DNA of 64,000 nt, taken from assembly GCA_964016885.1 (NCBI GenBank), contig OZ024762.1, forward strand, positions 3,968,001-4,032,000, given 5' to 3'. This stretch comes from Eledone cirrhosa (taxonomy: Eukaryota). The notes beneath the pieces are model-generated. The model saw only the letters and a list, made by a program, of their open reading frames with translations. It searched no databases and was not told the DNA's origin. Below, piece after piece: positions 53,917 through 64,000 of this stretch (position 1 is the stretch's first letter; each line of letters begins with the position of its first letter). The translations under genes were made by a program, and so were the position numbers.

Positions 53917-54895
53917 CACACGTATACACCTACCTATCTACCTTACACACACACACACACACACACACGTATACACCTACCTATCTACCTTACACACACT
54001 CACACACACGTATACACCTACCTATCTACCTTACACACACTCACACACACGTATACACCTACCTATCTACCTTACACACACACACACACACACGTATACA
54101 CCTACCTATCTACCTTACACACACACACACACACACACACGTATACACCTACCTATCTACCTTACACACACTCACACACACGTATACACCTACCTATCTA
54201 CCTTACACACACTCACACACACGTATACACCTACCTATCTACCTTACACACACACACACACACACGTATACACCTACCTATCTACCTTACACACACACAC
54301 ACGTATACACCTACCTATCTACCTTACACACACACACACACGTATACACCTACCTATCTACCTTACACACACACACACACACGTATACACCTACCTATCT
54401 ACCTTACACACACACACACACACGTATACACCTACCTATCTACCTTACACACACACACACACACACACGTATACACCTACCTATCTACCTTACACACACA
54501 CACACACGTATACACCTACCTATCTACCTTACACACACACACACACGTATACACCTACCTATCTACCTTACACACACACACACACACGTATACACCTACC
54601 TATCTACCTTACACACACACACACACACGTATACACCTACCTATCTACCTTACACACACACACACACGTATACACCTACCTATCTACCTTACACACACAC
54701 ACACACGTATACACCTACCTATCTACCTTACACACACACACGTATACACCTACCTATCTACCTTACACACACACACACACACACGTATACACCTACCTAT
54801 CTACCTTACACACACACACACACACACACACACGTATACACCTACCTATCTACCTTACACACACACACACACACGTATACACCTACCTATCTACC

Positions 54896-54933
<38 letters not shown>

Positions 54934-54952
54934 ATACACCTACCTATCTACC

Positions 54953-55000
<48 letters not shown>
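53917..55000. repeat. Compound repeat: 25 copies of cgtatacacctacctatctacctta separated by variable-length (CA)n
   Basis: Constant core counted 25 times; the spacers are CA runs of differing length. Confidence 0.95.
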
Positions 55001-55125
55001 ATATATCTATCTATAATTGGCGGTAGAATTAAGGCAGCATTTAAGCGTATATAAACAGATATAATACACCTATATATACATATATATATACTTATATTTT
55101 GTGCGTGTATATATATATATATGTG

Positions 55126-55157
<32 letters not shown>

Positions 55158-55649
55158 TGTATGTATGTATGTATTATTATTATTATTGTTATTAATGTAT
55201 GTGTGTGTGTATATGTGTGTGTGTATGTGTATGTATGTGTGTATGTATATATGTATGTGTGTATATATATTTTTTATTTTTTTATTTATTTATTTATTTA
55301 TTATTATTATATTTTATTTTATTTTATTTTATTTATTTATTTATTTTTTTAATTTTTTTCTTCTCGTGCAATGGCCATACTCGATAACGAGGGGGCAGCC
55401 ATCATGTATGTATGTATGTATGTATGTATGTATGTATGTATGTATGTATGTATGTATGTATGTATGTATGTATGTATGTATGTATGTATGTATACACATC
55501 TCTTTCATAACGTTACAACTGATGCCATTGTAGTTGTTTTCTTTTCAGTTTCCATATTGTGTCTACGAAGTTGAGATTAACAAACAGCTGAGACGAAAGT
55601 GAAAGTAAAACTAAATTGTATAGACGGCATTTAGACACAATGAGGAGAA

Positions 55650-55764
55650 TGTGGTGAGGGAGAGAGAGGAGAGAGAGAAGGGAGCAGCGATAGAGGGGGT
55701 ACAGAGTGAGAGAGAAGGGGAGGCACAGAGAGAGATGAAGAGAGAAAATGAGAGTGAAAAACAA

Positions 55765-55800
<36 letters not shown>

Positions 55801-56676
55801 AGGGAGTGAGAAAGAGAGAAGAGGCGAGAGTGAGAAAGAGAGAAGAGGTGAGGGTGAGAGAGAAGACAAGGGAGAGTGAAAAACAAAGAAAGGCATGGAG
55901 AGAGAAAGAGAAAGAGAGAAGAGGTGAGAGAGAGAGAAAGAGAGGAGAGAGAAAGAGAAAGAGAGGAGAGAGAAGAGAGAAAGAGAGGAGAGAGAAAGAG
56001 AAAGAGAAAGAGAGGAGAGAGAAAGAGAAACAGAGGAGAGGAGAGAGAAAAGAGGTGAGAGAGAGAAAGAGAGAAGAGGAGAGGAGAGAGAAAGAGAAAG
56101 AGAGGAGAGGAGAGAGAAAGAGAAAGAGAAAGAGAAAGAGAGGAGAGGTGAGAGAGAGAAAGAGAGAAGAGGTGAGAGAGAGAAAGAGAGAAGAGGAGAG
56201 GAGAGAGAAAGAGAAAGAGAGGAGAGGAGAGAGAAAGAGAAAGAGAAAGAGAAAGAGAGGAGAGGTGAGAGAGAGAAAGAGAGAAGAGGTGAGAGAGAGA
56301 AAGAGAGAAGAGAGAAAGAGAAAGAGAAAGAGAGAAGAGGTGAGAGAGAGAGAGAGGACAAGACAAAGAGAAGAAGAAGAAGAAGAAGAAGAAGAAGAAG
56401 AAGCGGCGTAAGTTGGAAACTGCAGTAAATGTTCATTGATTAAATCACATGACCCCCCCCCCCACCATCAGAAGATTAAAGTCTTTACGTTATATATGTG
56501 AAGGCCATGGGCACTGTCCCGCCATACACACCTACCAACTGTGTGTATATACACACACACATCTATACAGAAATATGTATGCATACGCACATATATAGAT
56601 TTAAGCAAATATTAATGTGTGTGTGTATATGTGTATATCTATATATTCAGACATATATATATATGTGTATACATAT

Positions 56677-56732
<56 letters not shown>

Positions 56733-56753
56733 ATATGTATAGCTATATATACA

Positions 56754-56807
<54 letters not shown>

Positions 56808-57460
56808 ACTGTATGTTGTTGACCTATATATATATAGAGAGAGGGAGAGAGTGAGAGATGAAGAGAGAGTGAGTAGGAGTGAGAAAGCAAGAGAAAGAGA
56901 GAGCACCTGAGTGAGAGAGAGAGAGGGGTGGAGAGATGAGTGAGAGAGTGCGAGCGAGAGAGAGAGTGCGAGCGAGAGAGAGAGAGAGAGATGAGTGAGA
57001 GTGTGCGAGCGAGAGAGAGAGGGAGAGATGAGTGAGAGGGGGATGGAGAGATGAGTGAGAGAGTGCGAGAGAGAGAGAGAGAGAAGGGGGAGAGAGATGA
57101 GAGAGAAGGGGGAGAGAGAGATGAGAGAGAATGGGGTGAGAGAGATGAGAGAGAGAGGGAGAGATGAGTGAGAGAGTGCGAGCGAGAGAGAGAGGGAGAG
57201 ATGAGTGAGAGAGTGCGAGCGAGAGATGAGTGAGAGAGTGCGAGCGAGAGAGAGGGGGAGAGATGAGTGAGAGAGTGCGAGCGAGAGATGAGTGAGAGAG
57301 TGCGAGCGAGAGAGAGAGGGAGAGATGAGTGAGAGAGTGCGAGCGAGAGAGAGAGAAGGGAGAGAGAGAGATGAGAGAGGATGGGGTGAGAGAGATGAGA
57401 GAGAGAGTGTGAGTGAGAGAGAGAGAGAGTGTGAGTGAGAGAGATGAGAGAAAGAGAAGG
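55650..57460. repeat. Purine-rich (GA)n-derived arrays interrupted by (TA)n/(TG)n
   Basis: Direct inspection. Confidence 0.9.
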
Positions 57461-57586
57461 CAAGAATCTCCAACGATACTGATCTTCATGACGTCAGTAG
57501 ATGTTTCATTAACTATTGATGACGTAGCAACGGCTCAGTAGTATTGGTAAGGGCGGTGGAGGTGTATATATATATATACATCTATG

Positions 57587-57627
<41 letters not shown>

Positions 57628-57676
57628 CACACATATACATAACACAAGCATGAAGTAACTATAAGATTGTATCAAA

Positions 57677-57716
<40 letters not shown>

Positions 57717-57789
57717 TGTATGTATGATGGCTTCCCCCTCGTTATCGAGTATGGCCATTGCACGATATACCATTATTAATAATTATTAA

Positions 57790-57970
57790 TTTGGCAGTAT
57801 CGGTAGAGGGTCGGACGCCATGCTTTGACGCATAGAGTTACGGCCCTTGCCATTCTGAGTTCAAATCCCGCCGAGGTTAACTTTGCCTTTCATCCTTACG
57901 GGGTCGATAAAATAAAGTACCAGTAATACACTGGGCAATTGCTGGCCTTGTGCCAAAAGTAGAAACAATT
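57790..57970 (+). mobile_element. SINE family A
   Basis: Near-identical to 16509-16690. Confidence 0.88.
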
Positions 57971-58034
57971 AATTAATTCTATCGTGCAATGCCTGTGTGT
58001 GAAGATATTTTTTAAAGTAAGGAAAAACTGTGCA

Positions 58035-58081
<47 letters not shown>

Positions 58082-58273
58082 ATACACATATTTGTATATA
58101 CTCATAGATGTATGCCAGTATTTAAGTACACACACATACACACATACACACATACACACATATACATGAAAATGATTACAACGCTTGTTCTCGTGACCAT
58201 TAAGTACAGTAATCATTAGAAAAGTCATTCTAATAATTTTCATATATCTATTAGTGCCAAGGACACACACACG

Positions 58274-58311
<38 letters not shown>

Positions 58312-58674
58312 GGATTTATACCAGGATGGACATCTGATGATGTCACACCGGTTCCAGTTACTGATGTAACCATTACATAATAATCACCATGTCACTGAAA
58401 TACGTATATTGTAATAAATATAATTATGTAAACATAACATTATTTCCCGTGAATATATATATATGTATATGCAAAAAATAAGCATAAACAAAAAAGCAAA
58501 CAACAAACTACAAGTGAGAAATATATATTAGTTTAACGCTTGCTAGGGTAGGAAAAGTGTCTTCACGTTTCAGATACTAGTCCTTCATCAGATGATATTA
58601 TTTAGATAGAAAGATAGAGAGTGAGAAAAGGATGAACGCAAAAAACACGTGTATTTAGTCTGCCATTTTGGAGA

Positions 58675-58743
<69 letters not shown>

Positions 58744-58887
58744 CATGTACATATATGTTCAGTAGAGATTGTTATATATATATATATATATATATGAATA
58801 ATTCATCCGATAAGGAAGTTACTAGTTACTAAAATAACATATACATATGTGAGTGTGTGTGTGTTTTATGTGTGAGTATATATATAC

Positions 58888-58955
<68 letters not shown>

Positions 58956-59089
58956 TATATATATAGATATATACAGTTTCTATGAAACTCCAGATTCCAG
59001 TTGATTACATAGATCTAATATTCATAACATCTCTTACTTTTGGTGAAGATCCAAGAGATTGTGGTGATGGCGGTGGTATGGTGGTGGTG

Positions 59090-60440
59090 GTGTAGTGTAG
59101 TGTAGTGTAGTGTAGTGTAGTGTAGTGTGGTGTGGTGTAGTGTAGTGTAGTGTAGTGTAGTGTAGTGTAGTGTAGTGTAGTGTAGTGTAGTGTAGTGTAG
59201 TGTAGTGTAGTGTAGTGTAGTGTAGTGTAGTGTGGTGTGGTGTGGTGTGGTGTGGTGTGGTGTAGTGTAGTGTAGTGTAGTGTGGTGTGGTGTGGTGTAG
59301 TGTGGTGTAGTGTAGTGTAGTGTAGTGTAGTGTAGTGTAGTGTAGTGTGGTGTAGTGTAGTGTAGTGTAGTGTGGTGTGGTGTGGTGTGGTGTGGTGTGG
59401 TGTGGTGTGGTGTGGTGTGGTGTAGTGTAGTGTAGTGTAGTGTAGTGTAGTGTGGTGTGGTGTGGTGTAGTGTAGTGTAGTGTAGTGTGGTGTGGTGTGG
59501 TGTAGTGTAGTGTAGTGTAGTGTAGTGTAGTGTAGTGTAGTGTAGTGTGGTGTGGTGTAGTGTAGTGTAGTGTAGTGTAGTGTAGTGTAGTGTAGTGTAG
59601 TGTAGTATAGTGTGGTGTGGTGTGGTATAGTGTGGTGTGGTGTGGTGTGGTATGGTGTGGTGTAGTGTGGTGTGGCGTAGTGTGGTGTGGCGTAGTGTGG
59701 TCTAGCGTGGTGGTGTCTAGCGTGGTGTGGTGTAGTGTGGTGTAGTGTGGTGTGGTGTGGTGTGGTGTGGTGTGGTGTAGGGTGGGGTGGTGTGGTGTGG
59801 TATGGTGTGGTGTAGTGTGGTGTGGCGTAGTGTGGTGTGGCGTAGTGTGGTCTAGCGTGGTGGTGTCTAGCGTGGTGTGGTGTAGTGTGGTGTAGTGTGG
59901 TGTAGTGTGGTGTGGTGTGGTGTGGTGTGGTGTGGTGTAGGGTGGGGTGGTGTGGTGTGATGTGGTATGGTGTGGTGTAGTGTGGTGTGGTGTAGTGTGG
60001 TGTAGTGTGGTGTAGTGTAGTGTGGTGTGGTGTGGTGTAGGGTGGGGTGGTGTGGTGTGATGTGGTATGGTGTGGTGTAGTGTGGTGTGGTGTAGTGTGG
60101 TGTGGCGTAGTGTGGTGTGGCGTAGTGTGGTCTAGCGTGGTGTGGTCTAGCGTGGTGTGGTGTGGTGTAGTGTGGTGTAGTGTGGTGTGGTGTGGTGTAG
60201 GGTGGGGTGGGGTGGTGTGGTGTAGGGTGGGGTGGTGTGGTGTAGTGTGGTGTGGTGTGGTGTAGGGTGGGGTGGTGTGGTTTAGTGTGGTGTAGTGTGG
60301 TGTGGCGTAGTGTGGTGTGGTGTGGTGTAGGGTGGGGTGGTGTGGTGTGGTGTAGGGTGGGGTGGTGTGGTGTAGGGTGGGGTGGTGTGGTGTGGTGTAG
60401 GGTGGGGTGGTGTGGTTTAGTGTGGTGTAGTGTAGGGTGG
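59090..60440. repeat. (GTGTA/GTGTG)n pentanucleotide satellite
   Basis: Direct inspection. Confidence 0.95.
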
Positions 60441-60602
60441 GGCGGAGGATGGAACAGACATTAAAGTTTGAGGAAATGAAGTTAACTGGAGCGGAACGAT
60501 TGTTATAGATATTAGATGTAGAACAGGTTAGTCGGGGTGTGTGAATGTCCTCATTGGTGGGGTTTCCTGACAATGATATCACCTCAGTGGAGGACAATTA
60601 GG

Positions 60603-60879
60603 CACAGGTGTAACTAAGGAAAATAGCGCCTATAGCAACCTGTGAAATTGCATCCCTGTCAAAAAATCGTATTTTTACCTATGGGCCTAATAATTTATAT
60701 AAATGGTTTAATGATCCAGCCACCATAGAGTTCTCACCCAGGATAGTCAAAGACAGATCATACACCTGTAGAAGTTTCTTTTTTCTTACTCTCCGACGAT
60801 AGCTTATCTGTCTTTAATAGAACGCGCTCCTAGTCCAGGTGGCGCTACTGGCACGTGCCATACCCTAGTTACGCCTCTA
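60603..60879. mobile_element. hAT-like MITE with an 8-bp TSD
   Basis: TSD caattagg at 60595-60602 and 60880-60887; imperfect TIRs cacaggtgtaactaagg / ccctagttacgcctcta. A related end fragment lies at 62789-62852. Confidence 0.8.
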
Positions 60880-61654
60880 CAATTAGGGGACCCTTTCTAG
60901 GCCCTTCTCGCTTGGGGAGAGCAGCGTGGCTACTAGACAGAGTTGCTCAGTCGTACATGAGTCTGTCATGAACAACCCCTTCACACCAACTCCACCCTCA
61001 ATATCACTCGCCAACGCTCAATGCCCTTTACATCTGAAAAGATTTCTATGTAATTATTGTTTATAGCAACGTTGGACAGGGGCGAGCTGACCCATACGGG
61101 AATTTAGGCAATGACCATCGGGCCACAGGGCTGGATAAAGGGAAAACAAAGAGCTGAAGGATTGTCATGAAAATCTGAAGATATGGCGGCTACATAAAGA
61201 TTACAATTCAAAAGGAATGCGTCTACAAAACCCGTTAAAACTAAACTTCCTGAAACTAGACCCGGTTCTATGAGACATGGCTGTTTATTTTAAACTGTTT
61301 ATATGTATCTAAAATAAACATTCCATTATAATTTTATGTAAGAACCTTTGTTCAAAAACATCAGATAAATAATGAGAAGGTTAGTTATCTTCTTCTTTTT
61401 CTCCTCCTCTTCTCAAGGAAGGTTGTTAGAGTCTTCAGACACGCCTTCCAAAGGGTTCTGTTAGAAGCAAGCGTCTCCAAATAATCGGGAAATAGAAAGA
61501 CCCTTGTTTTCATCAGCTATCCAGTGGGAAATATACGTATATATATAATAAAGCGAGAGATATACATATATGCGTTCAAATCACAAGGGACGTATTGTGA
61601 GTTTTTAACTCAATATATACTTTTGATACATATATATATATAATATATAATATA

Positions 61655-61780
61655 CAATGATATTAAATAAATGGAAACTATATTTATTCTATTATATATA
61701 TTTCAAGGGTACCTTTGAAATATATATAATAGAATAAATATGGTTTTATAAATATAGTTTCCATTTATTTAATATCATTG
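61655..61780. repeat. AT-rich fold-back palindrome centred on GGTACC
   Basis: caatgatattaaataaatggaaactatatttattctattatatatatttcaag..ctttgaaatatatataatagaataaata..atagtttccatttatttaatatcattg. Confidence 0.85.
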
Positions 61781-61872
61781 AATATTTACTCCAGAAATCT
61801 GTCGAGTGCTCTGAATCAGTTATAAACATTTATATTTGTTGAATTACCAACACATTGAATATCCCTTTTGCT

Positions 61873-61932
<60 letters not shown>

Positions 61933-62174
61933 TGTAAAATCCCAACCTGTGTAAAATCTATACCCACTCTGCATCTCCCCATGCATTGAGTACTCCTATG
62001 ATTAGTGGTCTCCTCAGTCAAGTGCCGAGGACATTATGATTGTAAGTCCAACACCCTAACCATTAGGCCATATGGCTCCACACACACACACACACACACA
62101 CACACAATTATTTCAGTCATATTATACCATAAATTGATCAATGCTATACAGGCTAAAAACTGTATTTTGTAGAG

Positions 62175-62235
<61 letters not shown>

Positions 62236-62238
<3 letters not shown>

Positions 62239-62537
62239 TGTTCCCTGACATTCGCGGAATTTTCTAACTAATAATTGTTTGTGGAAACCACCGCATATTC
62301 GCGGAATCGTAAATATCTTCCACGATTTATTTTATGGATTTTTTCGTGGCAATATATATTTTAAACGCTAAATTATTAACAACAAAATACCCTACTTGCC
62401 GGCCTATTGGACGCCCCTTCACATAAGTATATTTCACGTTTATAGGCATTATTATGGACCACGCCCAATATTCGCGGCTTTTCAGTCTTCACGGGTGCTC
62501 TAGGAACGTAAGCCCCGTTAATGTCGGGGAACAACTG
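62236..62537 (+). mobile_element. pogo/Tigger-like MITE (copy 2)
   Basis: TA|cagtgttccctgacattcgcgg ... aatgtcggggaacaactg; homologous to 23169-23475. Confidence 0.75.
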
Positions 62538-62541
62538 TGTG

Positions 62542-62585
<44 letters not shown>

Positions 62586-62604
62586 AAGTTTCATACACTT
62601 AACA

Positions 62605-62788
62605 TGTATGCGTGACCTTCGGTTTCGGGGTCCATTTATGGCCACCAGTGTATTGTGGAGGAGCCCCTTCAACAATGGTCTCTTGTCCTGCATTGTCCTT
62701 GCGCCTGATGAGGGCCCAGTGTGGAAATGGCTCCTCCATTATACAGTGGTGGCCATAACTGGATCCAGAAACCTAAGAAACGCATACA
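62605..62788. mobile_element. MITE-like element with ~60-bp imperfect TIRs
   Basis: tgtatgcgt..ttatggccaccagtgtattgtggaggagcc versus ggctcctccattatacagtggtggccataa..acgcataca. Confidence 0.65.
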
Positions 62789-62993
62789 CAGAGCCATATC
62801 TAGGGTAGGGCAAGCATGGCACGTGTCATGGGCGCCCCCTGGACTAGGCGTTATTTCTATTAAAGTCAGATAAGCTATGGTGAGATAGTGAAAAAGAAAC
62901 TTCTTGAGAAGAATGATCTGTCTTTGATTATGATGGGTGAGAAACACTGTTGTGGCTGGATCATTATATAAATTAATGGACACTATTATATAA

Positions 62994-63385
62994 ACTTGGA
63001 CACTAACATCACAACTTGAGAGGAGATTGGATGGCACATATACCCGCCTCTTAATGAGAGTGCAAAACCTATCCTGGAAACGACACCCCACCTTGTCTAA
63101 AATCTATGGCAAACTCCCTCGAGCCTCTGCCCTTCTAAAATCCCGGAGAGCTCAATTTGCTGGCCACTGTCACCGTGCCAGCAATGAAATCATATCCGCT
63201 CTCTTGCTCTGGAACCCTGACTCCAGCCTGACTAGGAGTAGGAAGCTGTCATTCCCTGACGTTATCTCTAGGGATACGGGAATCAGCAGACAGGACCTGG
63301 GGGCAGCGATGGGGGACAGGGGATTCTGGGGCATGAGAGTGAGATCCATCATCTCGACAGTAGTCGACGAGTGATGATGATGATA
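62994..63385 (+). mobile_element. 5'-truncated RTE-type LINE 3' end with a (TGA)n tail
   Basis: TWTLT..LDGTYTRLLMRVQNLSWKRHPT..YG.LP...FAGHCHR...LLLW.P...DTG...DR.FW...*, followed by tgatgatgat. Confidence 0.85.
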
Positions 63386-63740
63386 TAAATTATTAGGCCT
63401 CCATAGGTAAAAATACAGTGCTGGGAACTACATGTTCACAGAGGGATACCTCATAGTATGACTTGTCAAATATGTTAATAGGGTTTTAATATTTATCACA
63501 GATCACTTCCTTTAAATACACTAACACTTATGCCAACACTTTACGTATACTTAAGCGTAAAGGATACCTATAGATCAAATGAAAATGCAGTTTAATGCCC
63601 TAAGCCCTCATTTATTTAAACTGTACTATCAATCTCATTGCCTAACAACTACTATATAACTTGCTGCATGGGCAGGGGCACAGTTTCAATGTTTGCCATA
63701 GGAGCTATTTTCCACTCTTACACCTCTGCCTCTAACTGTT

Positions 63741-64000
63741 TGAGTTCAAATCCCGCCGAGGTTAACTTTGCCTTTCATCCTTACGGGGTCGATAAAATAA
63801 AGTACCAGTAATGCACTGGGATAATTGCTGGCCTTGTGCCAAAAGTAGAAACAATTATATATACTAAAAAAGGGCCGTGAATTGGCAGTATCGGTAGAGG
63901 GTCGGACGCCGTGCTTTGACGCATAGAGTTACGGCCCTTGCCATTCTGAGATCAAATCCCACCGAGGTTAACTTTGCCTTTCATCCTTACGGAGGTCGAT
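63741..64000 (+). mobile_element. Two SINE family A copies (the second runs off the window)
   Basis: Family-A core at 63741-63858 and 63871-64000. Confidence 0.88.

Noticed and set aside
53917-55000. CRISPR-like repeat-spacer array
   Set aside because: Spacers are only (CA)n runs and carry no unique sequence.
59005-60597. 530-aa His/Thr-rich ORF
   Set aside because: Almost entirely pentanucleotide satellite; the unique N-terminal ~50 aa show no recognisable motif or supported splice link.
62703-62740. CUGAUGA...GAAA hammerhead-like string (similar partial strings at 16321 and 26786)
   Set aside because: Stems I-III cannot be formed or the GAAA/NUH half is missing.

Overview
This is AT-rich, microsatellite-saturated animal DNA. 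The SINE families and the (TA)n/(CA)n load resemble coleoid cephalopod (Octopus-like) genomes, but that assignment is an inference. One protein-coding gene is well supported, on the minus strand: a large coding exon at 33875-35344 splices in frame across an 11 kb phase-1 intron to a terminal exon at 22103-22818. It encodes a CARD-like death-fold domain followed by about 10 ribonuclease-inhibitor-type LRRs, with no NACHT domain between them; its first exon was not identified. A small spliced, probably non-coding transcript is suggested at about 1920-3440 (-). The rest is repeats: three tRNA-derived SINE families, 5'-truncated RTE-type LINE tails, a CRE-like RLE fragment, an internally deleted R4/Dong-like element, pogo/Tigger-like and hAT-like MITEs, a Helitron/HINE-like element and several homogeneous minisatellites. 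The main hidden signal is a dispersed set of minimal type-I hammerhead-ribozyme motifs of the kind known from Penelope-like element pLTRs, two of them in sense orientation inside the CARD-LRR intron. Several long fold-back structures are also present. Almost all other ORFs in the track are artefacts of simple repeats.
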